A DNA stretch of 24,000 nucleotides from Anaerolineae bacterium (GCA_034428935.1 DAOUHB010000015.1:14147-38146); one strand, 5' to 3'; counted from the first letter of the stretch, positions 1 to 8,035 are shown. The notes: generated by a model not told the origin, from the letters alone. Made by a program: numbers and translations.

Positions 1-476
1 CCAACGCGGGCTACCTGTTCCTCAAGAAGCTGGCCCGCAATGAGCCCGGCATCCAACCCGGCGGCGATGAGGTCGACGCGGCCTTTGCGACCCTGGGCAT
101 GGATCCGTCGGTCGAGCCGGGGTATGGCTGGACCGGCCTGTCGAGCTACGAGAGCACCATGGAAGGGGAGCTGGCCATGGCGCCGTGCTACGGCCTCGAA
201 CCGACAGTTGGCATTCTGAAGGCGTCTTACCTGGCGATTGCGAACAAGGCTCCGCATCCCAACGCCGCCAAGCTGTTCATCAAGTTCGCCCTCTCGGAAG
301 AGGGCTTTAAGCCGTGGAACCAGATGGGTGCCTACTCTGGCGTGGAGGGGATGCCCCTCGCCGAAGGCATGCCGGCCAGGGACGAGATCAAGCTCTGGCC
401 CAGCGACGATCTCTTTGGCTATCAAAACCTGAGCCCCGTGCGTGACTTCTGGGCCATCAGTCTACTGGCTCCCTAG
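1..476 (+). CDS. ABC transporter substrate-binding protein, C-terminal part (5' end lies outside the window)
   Basis: The frame is open from the window edge (codon phase from nt 3) to TAG 474-476; track ORF 99..476 is its tail. '...LAIANKAPHPNAAKLFIKFALSEEGFKPW...' resembles the conserved C-terminal lobe of iron/phosphonate/polyamine-class periplasmic binding proteins. The substrate cannot be determined. Confidence 0.7.
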   Translation, partial: NAGYLFLKKLARNEPGIQPGGDEVDAAFATLGMDPSVEPGYGWTGLSSYESTMEGELAMAPCYGLEPTVGILKASYLAIANKAPHPNAAKLFIKFALSEEGFKPWNQMGAYSGVEGMPLAEGMPARDEIKLWPSDDLFGYQNLSPVRDFWAISLLAP

Positions 477-506
477 GGATAAAACGGGCTGACAGGAACT
501 CGGGCT

Positions 507-541
507 CTTTGGACACGAACACGCCGTGTTCGTGTCCAAAG
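507..541. terminator. Perfect 17-bp inverted repeat (hairpin); candidate terminator or attenuator between the transporter gene and the HAD operon
   Basis: CTTTGGACACGAACACG (507-523), C (524), CGTGTTCGTGTCCAAAG (525-541) are exact reverse complements. It lies 31 nt after the binding-protein stop. No downstream T-tract, so terminator function is inferred. Confidence 0.4.
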
Positions 542-579
542 GCCCGGCAACCTCACGCGGGAAGGAAAGCGATTCATCC

Positions 580-1353
580 ATGGCGACCAATCGCATCCGC
601 GCCGTCATCTTTGACATGGGCGGCACGCTGGAGACTGTTTACTATGACGATACCACCCGCCACGCGGGTGCGTGCGCGATGCTCGAGTTCTTGCGCAGCC
701 ACGACCTGGACCCCGGCCTGGGGGTGTCCGAGTTACAGGCCGCCGTCGTCTCCGGGATGGAGGCGTACCAGGCGTGGCGAGAAGGAAGCGAGGTGGAGCT
801 GTCGCCCGAGCAGGTGTGGACAGAGCACATCCTGACCGATGGCAGTCTGTGCAAGGAGCGGTTGGCGGCCGTCGCCGAAGAACTGACCTATCTGCACGCC
901 ACCCGGTTTCAGGCGCGGAGCTTGCGCCCCGAGGCGCCGGCCCTTCTCGAGGCGTTGCGCAGCCGCGGACTTCGCCTGGGCATGATCTCCAATGTCCTCA
1001 GCCGCAGGCTGGTGCCGGCCTGCCTCTCAGAGTACGGCATCGCCCACTACTTCGAGCACGTCCTGACCAGCGCTGATTTCGGCTGGCGCAAGCCGAATCG
1101 ACGCATCTTTGACGAGGCGGTCCGCTTGATGGGGGTGCCGGCTGCGGCCTGCGCCTACGTGGGCGACACTCTTTCGCGCGACGTCGTCGGGGCCCGGCGC
1201 GCCGGCTACGGCCTGGCGATCCAGATCCGGTCCTTTCTCACGGCCCGGTCGGACCAGGGCATCGTGGATGTGGAGCCTGACGCGGCCATCCAGGACCTGA
1301 TGGACGTCCTGGGGCTCGTCTCGCCCGTGGGGGAGGCCTCTGCCCATGCTTAA
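580..1353 (+). CDS. HAD-superfamily hydrolase, subfamily IA-like (paralogue 1)
   Basis: Start moved from track ATG 526, which lies inside the 507-541 hairpin, to ATG 580, which is preceded by GGAAGGAAAG (560-569). Motifs: I 'VIFDMGGTL', II 'LGMISNV', III 'WRKPNRRIF', IV 'YVGDTLSRDVVGA'. A helical cap insert sits between motifs I and II. Confidence 0.85.
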   Translation: MATNRIRAVIFDMGGTLETVYYDDTTRHAGACAMLEFLRSHDLDPGLGVSELQAAVVSGMEAYQAWREGSEVELSPEQVWTEHILTDGSLCKERLAAVAEELTYLHATRFQARSLRPEAPALLEALRSRGLRLGMISNVLSRRLVPACLSEYGIAHYFEHVLTSADFGWRKPNRRIFDEAVRLMGVPAAACAYVGDTLSRDVVGARRAGYGLAIQIRSFLTARSDQGIVDVEPDAAIQDLMDVLGLVSPVGEASAHA

Positions 1354-2032
1354 AGGAGTCCTGTTCGATGCGGCGGGCGTGCTGTATCAACGCCCGCAAT
1401 CCACGGGCCAGTTCGTGGCCGACCGTTTGCGGGAGAGGGGTCTCCCGACCGAGCTGACGGAGGAGGATCGCCTGCGGCAGAAGGCGCTCAAGTCGGAAGG
1501 AAGCCGGGGGCGCATCAGCCCCGAGGAATACTGGGATCGGGTGCTCCAGATGCACGGCCTCGACGACCCGGAGGAGCGCCAGAGGCTGATGGCCGCCATC
1601 GACCGCCACTCGGACGACGTCAGGCCGATGCCCGGCTGCCAGGAAACCCTGGCAGGGCTGAAGCAGCGCGGCCTGATCCTGTGTATCGTCACCGACACGA
1701 TGCACTCCCTCGAGCATAAGATGCAGTGGTTGGTGAAGGCCGGCATCGCCCCGTGGATCGATTTCGTGGCCTGTTCGACGGTCCTGGGCGTCCATAAACC
1801 CGACCCTGCCATCTACCTGGACGCGCTGCGACAGGCAGGGCTGCAGGCGGACGAGGCCGCTTTCGTGGGCCACGACGCCGAGGAGCTGGACGGCGCCCGC
1901 GCGGTTGGGCTGGCGACCATCGCCGTGAACCATGATCCTGGCGCCAGGGCGGACTATTACCTGGGCTCGCTCACAGATCTACTCAACGTGCCCATCCTTC
2001 GGGACACAGACGAGCAAGGGGGCAGCGAATGA
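1346..2032 (+). CDS. HAD-superfamily hydrolase, subfamily IA-like (paralogue 2)
   Basis: ATG 1346 overlaps the previous stop (TAA 1351-1353) by 8 nt. Motifs: I 'VLFDAAGVL', II 'ILCIVTDT', III 'VHKPDPAIY', IV 'FVGHDAEELDGA'. Confidence 0.85.
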   Translation: MLKGVLFDAAGVLYQRPQSTGQFVADRLRERGLPTELTEEDRLRQKALKSEGSRGRISPEEYWDRVLQMHGLDDPEERQRLMAAIDRHSDDVRPMPGCQETLAGLKQRGLILCIVTDTMHSLEHKMQWLVKAGIAPWIDFVACSTVLGVHKPDPAIYLDALRQAGLQADEAAFVGHDAEELDGARAVGLATIAVNHDPGARADYYLGSLTDLLNVPILRDTDEQGGSE

Positions 2033-2820
2033 AGGACAACAGGGACATGGAAGCCATTTTCATCGACGTGGGCAACACGATGCGCATTGTGGTCAAGGAC
2101 GACGAGTTTCAGAGCCAGGCCAGGCAGCAGCTCGTGACGTTGGTCGGGGCGAACGAGACGCCCGATGCCTTCTGCGACTTGCTGGAAGCAAGGTACCGGG
2201 TCTACCGGAAGCATGCCAAGCAGTCCTTAACCGAAGCCTGCGAAAGAGATCTGTGGACCCAGTGGATGCTGCCCGACTTTCCGGCCGACAGGATCGGGCC
2301 GCTGTCCGGAAGGCTCACCCGCCTGTGGCGCGATCGCGACGGGCGGCGGGTCGCGCGGCCGGACGTCAAAGACGTGGTGCTGGAGCTGACCCGGCGGGGC
2401 TATCACCTGGGGATCATTGCCAACACGATCACCGAGACCGAGATCCCCGACTGGCTGGAAGCGGACGGCCTGACCGGCTACTTTGAGACCGTGGTCCTTT
2501 CCTCCAAGACCGGCCTGCGCAAGCCCGGCCCGGAGATCTATATCGAGGCGGCGCGCCGCATTGGCGTGGAACCGGCCCGCTCGGTGTACGTGGGCGACAA
2601 TCCTTCCCGCGACATCCTGGGGGCGCGCCTGGCCGGCTACGGGCTGGCCATTATCTTGATGGAGCCGGCCACGCTGGCCAAGGAACCCCCCACCGAGGAT
2701 CACAAGCCCGACTATGTGATCCACGAAATGAGCGATCTCCTCGACCTCTTTCCCGGCCCTCTATCGGGCGCAACGGGCGCGGCAGCGGCAGCCGGAACGC
2801 GGAGAATCGATGCCGGATGA
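2029..2820 (+). CDS. HAD-superfamily hydrolase-like protein (paralogue 3, degenerate motifs)
   Basis: ATGA start/stop overlap with the previous gene (2029-2032). Motifs: I 'IFIDVGNTM', II 'LGIIANT' (Ala where Ser/Thr is expected), III 'LRKPGPEIY', IV 'YVGDNPSRDILGA'. It shares '...SRD..GAR.AGYGLAI' with paralogue 1. Confidence 0.8.
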   Translation: MKDNRDMEAIFIDVGNTMRIVVKDDEFQSQARQQLVTLVGANETPDAFCDLLEARYRVYRKHAKQSLTEACERDLWTQWMLPDFPADRIGPLSGRLTRLWRDRDGRRVARPDVKDVVLELTRRGYHLGIIANTITETEIPDWLEADGLTGYFETVVLSSKTGLRKPGPEIYIEAARRIGVEPARSVYVGDNPSRDILGARLAGYGLAIILMEPATLAKEPPTEDHKPDYVIHEMSDLLDLFPGPLSGATGAAAAAGTRRIDAG

Positions 2821-4417
2821 TTCCCTCCCGCGTGGCGGAGCCATCCTCGCCGAGGCCGTCCGGGACCTGTATCGCCAGGGACAGACCGACTACTGGATCG
2901 AGCCGCTGGTCCTGCTCGACGGCCAGAACAGGCCGGCCGGCCGGATCCAGGACGGCGACGCCGTCGTCTTTTGCTGCCGCCGCGGCGAGCGCGAGATCCA
3001 ACTGACGGAGGCCTTTGTCGATCCCGGCCTGGACCGCTTTCCCCGGCACGAGTTTCAGGATCTGCACTTTGTGATCCTGACCCTCTACCACCAGAAGTTT
3101 GTAGACGTGCCCGTGGCCTTTGCCCCCACCAGCATCGAGGATACCCTGGGGCAGGTCGTCAGCCGCGCCGGACTGCGGCAACTGCGCGTTGCCGAGTCGG
3201 AAAAGTATGCACACGTCACCTATTTCTTGAACGGGGGCCGGGTTCAGCCGTTCCCCGGCCAGGACGGGACGCGCGTTCCCTCTCCCCACGGCATCCCCTT
3301 CGAGCAGGTACCAGAGCTGAGCCTGCCCCGGGTGGCCGAGGAAGTGCTGCGCGGCATGCAGGCGGGCTACGATCTCGTCGTGGCCAATTTTGCCAACGGC
3401 GACGTGCTGGGACACACCCAGAATGCCGAGAGCAAGGTCGCGTGCGCCGGGCTGATCGATGCCCGGCTGGGACAGGTCATCGATGCCGCCCGAGCCCTGG
3501 ACTATGTGACGCTGGTGACGGCCGATCACGGGAACCTGGAAGTGATGGTCCATCCCGACGGCAGGCCCCACGTCTCGCACACGGCCAACCCCGTGCCGTT
3601 CATCCTCGTCGATCCCCGCGGGCCGCAGCCTGTCACGCTGCGCGACGGCAAGCTGGCGGACGTGGCGCCGACCGTGCTGGACGCCCTCGCCCTGGACACG
3701 CCCGGGTCCATGACCGGAGAAACCCTGGCGCCCGGCTGCCGCTGGGGCGGCCGCCGCCGCCTGCTGCTCTTGATCCTCGATGGCTGGGGCCTGGGCAAGA
3801 GCGACGACACGAACCCCATCTTTATCGCCAGGACGCCTGTGTGGGACGAGCTGTTGCAGCGCTTCCCGTGTTCCCTGTTGCAGGCCGCGGGCGAGGCAGT
3901 GGGCCTGCGGCCGGGAAAGCCGGGCAACTCCGAGGCCGGCCACATGAACGCCGGCGCCGGCCGGGTCGTGCTCCAGGACGACGTCCGGCTCGACCTGGCG
4001 ATGCGCGATGGCTCGTTCTACGAGAACGAGGTCCTTGGCCGCGCCATCGAGGAGGCCAAGGCCCGCGACACGAGCCTGCACCTCATCGGCCTCCTCACCG
4101 AAAAAAGCTCCCACGGCTCCATCGACTATCCCCTGGCCCTGCTGCGCATGGCCAGGGCCAGAGGCCTCGGCCGCGTCTACCTGCACCTGATCCTGGACGG
4201 GCGCAGCACGGAGCCGGGCAGCGCCCCGGCGATGCTCGAGAAGCTGGACCGCCAGATAGACGAGATCGGAGTGGGGCGGATCGTCTCCGGGATGGGGAGG
4301 GGGATCGCCCTGGACCGCGATGGCGACTATGCCAGGACCCGGCGCGCCTACGACGTGCTGGTGTTTGGCACCGGGAGGCCGTGCGCCGCCCGGGGATCGA
4401 CACAGAGCGAAAGGTGA
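2810..4417 (+). CDS. Cofactor-independent phosphoglycerate mutase (iPGM, alkaline-phosphatase superfamily) homologue with circularly permuted segment order
   Basis: ATG 2810 overlaps the HAD-3 stop by 11 nt.
- Residues 1-~308 match the C-terminal ~300 aa of canonical iPGM: 'GLRQLRVAESEKYAHVTYFLNGG', 'NFANGDVLGH', 'VTADHGN', 'SHTANPVP', and 'MTGETL' (the normal C-terminus).
- Residues ~317-535 match the normal N-terminus: 'LLLILDGWG', 'GNSEAGHMNAGAGR' (catalytic Ser motif), 'SLHLIGLL', 'LILDGRS', 'ALDRD'. Confidence 0.85.
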   Translation: MPDDSLPRGGAILAEAVRDLYRQGQTDYWIEPLVLLDGQNRPAGRIQDGDAVVFCCRRGEREIQLTEAFVDPGLDRFPRHEFQDLHFVILTLYHQKFVDVPVAFAPTSIEDTLGQVVSRAGLRQLRVAESEKYAHVTYFLNGGRVQPFPGQDGTRVPSPHGIPFEQVPELSLPRVAEEVLRGMQAGYDLVVANFANGDVLGHTQNAESKVACAGLIDARLGQVIDAARALDYVTLVTADHGNLEVMVHPDGRPHVSHTANPVPFILVDPRGPQPVTLRDGKLADVAPTVLDALALDTPGSMTGETLAPGCRWGGRRRLLLLILDGWGLGKSDDTNPIFIARTPVWDELLQRFPCSLLQAAGEAVGLRPGKPGNSEAGHMNAGAGRVVLQDDVRLDLAMRDGSFYENEVLGRAIEEAKARDTSLHLIGLLTEKSSHGSIDYPLALLRMARARGLGRVYLHLILDGRSTEPGSAPAMLEKLDRQIDEIGVGRIVSGMGRGIALDRDGDYARTRRAYDVLVFGTGRPCAARGSTQSER

Positions 4418-4421
4418 GACC

Positions 4422-5615
4422 ATGCTGCCGCCCGACCTGAGTTATGCGCGCTTTTCCCAGGCTCTGTACGAGAGGATGGGAGCCATCAATCCCGGCATCG
4501 AAGACCTGGAGCTGTACGAGTTCCGTTACTGCCTGAACAACCTGAACCCCGGGGAGGGCGGCTGGCCCGCCGTCGCGCCCGCGCCGAGGCAAGAGATCGA
4601 GGCGTGGATCCGGGACGCCGACTTTTATCGGGGCATCCAGATCAAGCCCCGTGCCGGCGACCGGATCGTGCTGGACGAGACCATCGAGCGGCTGACCACC
4701 ATGCTCCTGGTCGGGCTGGTGACCGGGGAATACCCGGCGGAGTGGATTCGGGCCCACTTTTACTTTGACATCCGCGGCTTTTACTTCTTGACGCGGACGC
4801 ACTATTTCACCGAGGCCGTGGTGGCCCACCTGGGCGGCGCGCCGTTCCAGGCCTTCGAACGACGGCAGCGATGCCTCGATCGCTGCCAATCCATCGGCTA
4901 CAAGGCCTTCAAAGAGGCCAACGCCGAGGTGGACGCCGCGTTCATGGACGACGTTGAGAGGCTCATCGCCGTCAAGGGTACCCCCATTGTCCTGGCCATC
5001 GCCGGGCCGACGGCGGCTGGCAAGACCGAGATCGTCGAGCGCCTGCGCTGCCGCTTCGAGGAGGCAGGAAGGCAGGTCACCTCCATCGAGATGGACAACT
5101 TCTTGACCGACCGCGAGCAGCGCGAGGAGAAGGGCATCCACACCCTGGGCAAAGAAGCCATTCATTTTGAGCTTTTCCGGCAGAGCCTGGAGGACATTTG
5201 CCGGGGACGGGCGATCTCGATCCCGCGCTACGATTTCATCTTTGCCACGTCCAGCCACGACCTGGACGGCACGCTAAAGCCGGGCGGGGTGCCCGTCGAG
5301 ATCGAGCCGGCCGACGTCATCTTTATCGAGGGCAACTTTCCGTTCCTGCTGGACGAGGTCGCGCACCTCATCGGCATCAAGGTCGTCTACCTCACCGACG
5401 ACGCCATCCGGCTGAAGCGCAAATGGCGGCGCGATATCGACTATCGCAAGAAGTACGAGCCCACCTACTTTCGCAACCGGTACTTTCGCAACCAGTTCCT
5501 CATGGCCCAAAAGTGCTACGTGCCCCAGATGCAGCTCTGCGATCTGACCGTCGACACAACCGGCGCGGCCATCTGGGCCACGCCCGAAACTGCCGCGACC
5601 CTGAGAAGTCCTTAG
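4422..5615 (+). CDS. Uridine kinase / phosphoribulokinase-family P-loop kinase with an unrecognised N-terminal domain
   Basis: ATG 4422 follows GAAAGGTGA (4409-4417) and lies 4 nt after the mutase stop. Track ATG 4320 would overlap the mutase gene by 98 nt. The C-terminal half carries a Walker A 'IAGPTAAGKTEIVERL', 'SIEMDNF', 'IPRYDF', 'VIFIEGNF' and 'DAIRLKRKWRRDI', as in the Udk/PRK family. I do not recognise residues 1-~185. Confidence 0.8.
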   Translation: MLPPDLSYARFSQALYERMGAINPGIEDLELYEFRYCLNNLNPGEGGWPAVAPAPRQEIEAWIRDADFYRGIQIKPRAGDRIVLDETIERLTTMLLVGLVTGEYPAEWIRAHFYFDIRGFYFLTRTHYFTEAVVAHLGGAPFQAFERRQRCLDRCQSIGYKAFKEANAEVDAAFMDDVERLIAVKGTPIVLAIAGPTAAGKTEIVERLRCRFEEAGRQVTSIEMDNFLTDREQREEKGIHTLGKEAIHFELFRQSLEDICRGRAISIPRYDFIFATSSHDLDGTLKPGGVPVEIEPADVIFIEGNFPFLLDEVAHLIGIKVVYLTDDAIRLKRKWRRDIDYRKKYEPTYFRNRYFRNQFLMAQKCYVPQMQLCDLTVDTTGAAIWATPETAATLRSP

Positions 5616-7990
5616 GATGCGTCGTCGGGGCCGGCGTCGCTCGTGGTCGGCTCCAGCACCGTCTGCCGCAGCAGCGAGTGCAGGGCGCTGCTGCGCCGTT
5701 TGACGACCACCACCGAGACCTCAGCCCGGCGGGCCACCTCCCGCGAGATGTTGCCCGCCAGCAGGTTCTTGAACAGGGGCTCTTCCGTGGCGCCGATGAC
5801 GATCAGGTCGTGGCCCTCCGCGGCCTCCAGAACGGCATCCACCACGTTGGTCCCCTCCACCGTCTGGCGATGCACGGCGTCGTAGCTCAGGCCCTCCAGG
5901 GCATAGTCCATCACCTGCCGGGCACGCACCTGGTCCGCCGGGCGGGATCCCGGAGGCAGGACGTGCAGCAGCGTCACACGCACTGGGCCGTCCGATTCGC
6001 CATGGGCCATGTTCACTGCCATGCGTGCTGCCCGCCGGCTATTGGGGCCGCCCGCCACCGGCACGAGAATCGAGCGGAGCGGCCGGTAGGCCCGGTAGCG
6101 CACGATGGCCATGTCGGTGGGCGGGTCATCGAGGATTGGGTCGATCACCGAGCCAAAGAGGCGGCCGGCGGTGTTCGTGTAGCCGGGCCATCCCAGGACG
6201 ATCAGGTCGGACGCGTTCTCGATCACGGTCTTGCGCACCGCTTGAGCCACGTCGCGGCCCAGGCGGATCATGGTGTGCACGGGCACGTCGCGATCCTTGG
6301 CCTGCCCGATGACTGTTTCCAGGTAGGAACGCCCCTCCTTGAGCATCAGTCGGCCGTCGGCCAGGCTCAGTTGGACCGGCACCCGGACGACGTGCAAGGC
6401 CAGCACCTCGCCCTGGTTCGCCTGGGCCAGAACCGCACCGATACGCCCCAGGATGCGTGCCTGCTCCTCCGTCGCCACCGGCACCAACACGGAATAATCG
6501 CGGCTGACCAACACCTCCTCCAGGAGAATCTCCTTGGGCCTTTCCATGGCCTCAACGCGAGAGAAATAGGTATAGTACGAAAGCATGCCCACCACCAGCC
6601 AGCCGGCGGCCAGGTACCAGGCCCGGGGGCTGAAGGTGAACAGCAGCACGGCCAAAGCGGCGTTGCAGACGATGGCAGCCATCGGGATGGCCGGCACCCA
6701 GGGAACTCGAAAGCCGCGGTCGAGGTTGGGCAACTTGCGCCGAAGCAGCAGGAGTGCCACGTTGACCTGCAGGAAGAGCAGCAAGAACATGATGTCGGCC
6801 GAGGCGGCGACGTCCTCCAGCGGCAGCGACCAGGCGATGATGAGCATCAAGCCGCCCGAAGCCAGGACGGCCAGGTGGGGCGTGTGCCGCCGCGGGTGGA
6901 CGCGGGCGAAAAAGGCCGGCAGGTTGCGGTCGCGGCCCATGGCGAACGAGACGCGGGAGGAAGAGTAGGTGGCGGCGTTGAGGGCCGACATGGTGGACAC
7001 CAGCCCGCTGATGAGCAGCACCACCGCACCGATGCCCAGGGGGAACACCTGCCGGGCTACTTCGACGATGGCCACCTCTTTCGCCTGGCCCAGGTATTCG
7101 TAGGCCTCCATGCCCGGGGGCGCGACCGTGGCACCGATGGCGGTGACGCCGACCAGCAGATAGATGATCACGGCGATGACGATGGCTGCAAAGATGGCGC
7201 GGGGGACGTTGCGCTTGGGGTTGATCACCTCCTCGCCCGACTGGGCAATGATCTCGTAGCCCTCGAAGGCGATAAAAGTGAGGCCCATGGCCACAAACAC
7301 CCCCGCCAGGCCGTTTGGCATGAACCCGGTCGTGAATCGTGCCTGCCAGGCCTCGGTACGGGCCATGGCCAGGACGCCAAAGAGCACAAACATGCCCAGG
7401 ATGACGATCTTGGCCACGGTCACGATGTTGCCCACCTTCCCGGTCTCCGAGGCACCCCTGTAGTTGACGCTGGTGAAGAACAGGACGATGAGCGTCATAA
7501 GAACCAGGGTCATCTGCTGGACCGACAGACCCCAGGTGGGCAGGCCGGCCATGATCCACAATTCGCTGGCAAAGCGGCCAAATCCCAGCGCGTACAGGCT
7601 GCCGGCGATGGCCGCCGCGAACCAGTTCATCCAGCCTGCCAGGAAGCCTTGTACTCCGCCCACGCCCTCCTTGACCCACAGGTAGCCGCCGCCGGCCTCC
7701 GGAAAGGCCGAGCCCAGCTCCGCGTAGGCCATGCCGGTCAGTGTGGTGACGAGGCCGTTGAGGAAAAAAGCCAGGATGAGGGCGGGTCCGGCCACGCCAG
7801 CGGCCGTGCCGGTGAGCACAAAGACACCGGCTCCGATCATGCCGCCCACGCCGATCATCGTGATGGTGAACAGGTTCAGGTCGCGGCTGAGGCTGACCTC
7901 GACCGGGACGTTGGTGGTATTGCGGTTATTCTTGCTCAAGGGCTCTCCTCTGGAGGACGATGTTCTGGATCGTCCCTGGTCGCGGTCCAT
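5612..7990 (-). CDS. APC-family amino-acid/polyamine permease fused to two C-terminal universal stress protein (USP) domains
   Basis: N-terminal half: 'LFTITMIGVGGMIGAGVFVLTG...AYAELGSAFPEAGGGYLW' plus about 12 hydrophobic segments. C-terminal half: two USP-like units ('YSVLVPVAT...LIVLGW' and 'RSILVPVAGG...LIVIGAT...VVVVK'). It is convergent with the kinase gene and the stops overlap by 4 nt. Alternative start TTG 7939 follows GAGGAG (7944-7949). Confidence 0.9.
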   Translation of the reverse strand: MDRDQGRSRTSSSRGEPLSKNNRNTTNVPVEVSLSRDLNLFTITMIGVGGMIGAGVFVLTGTAAGVAGPALILAFFLNGLVTTLTGMAYAELGSAFPEAGGGYLWVKEGVGGVQGFLAGWMNWFAAAIAGSLYALGFGRFASELWIMAGLPTWGLSVQQMTLVLMTLIVLFFTSVNYRGASETGKVGNIVTVAKIVILGMFVLFGVLAMARTEAWQARFTTGFMPNGLAGVFVAMGLTFIAFEGYEIIAQSGEEVINPKRNVPRAIFAAIVIAVIIYLLVGVTAIGATVAPPGMEAYEYLGQAKEVAIVEVARQVFPLGIGAVVLLISGLVSTMSALNAATYSSSRVSFAMGRDRNLPAFFARVHPRRHTPHLAVLASGGLMLIIAWSLPLEDVAASADIMFLLLFLQVNVALLLLRRKLPNLDRGFRVPWVPAIPMAAIVCNAALAVLLFTFSPRAWYLAAGWLVVGMLSYYTYFSRVEAMERPKEILLEEVLVSRDYSVLVPVATEEQARILGRIGAVLAQANQGEVLALHVVRVPVQLSLADGRLMLKEGRSYLETVIGQAKDRDVPVHTMIRLGRDVAQAVRKTVIENASDLIVLGWPGYTNTAGRLFGSVIDPILDDPPTDMAIVRYRAYRPLRSILVPVAGGPNSRRAARMAVNMAHGESDGPVRVTLLHVLPPGSRPADQVRARQVMDYALEGLSYDAVHRQTVEGTNVVDAVLEAAEGHDLIVIGATEEPLFKNLLAGNISREVARRAEVSVVVVKRRSSALHSLLRQTVLEPTTSDAGPDDAS

Positions 7991-8007
7991 GACACCAGCA
8001 GTTCGCC

Positions 8008-8035
8008 ATTATATCACAGCCCGGGGGAGGGTCAA
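8008..8035 (-). promoter_or_regulatory. Sigma70-type promoter for the APC-USP permease
   Basis: On the minus strand: TTGACC (8035-8030), 16-nt spacer ending in TGa, TATAAT (8013-8008). Only 17 nt separate the -10 box from ATG 7990. Confidence 0.6.
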
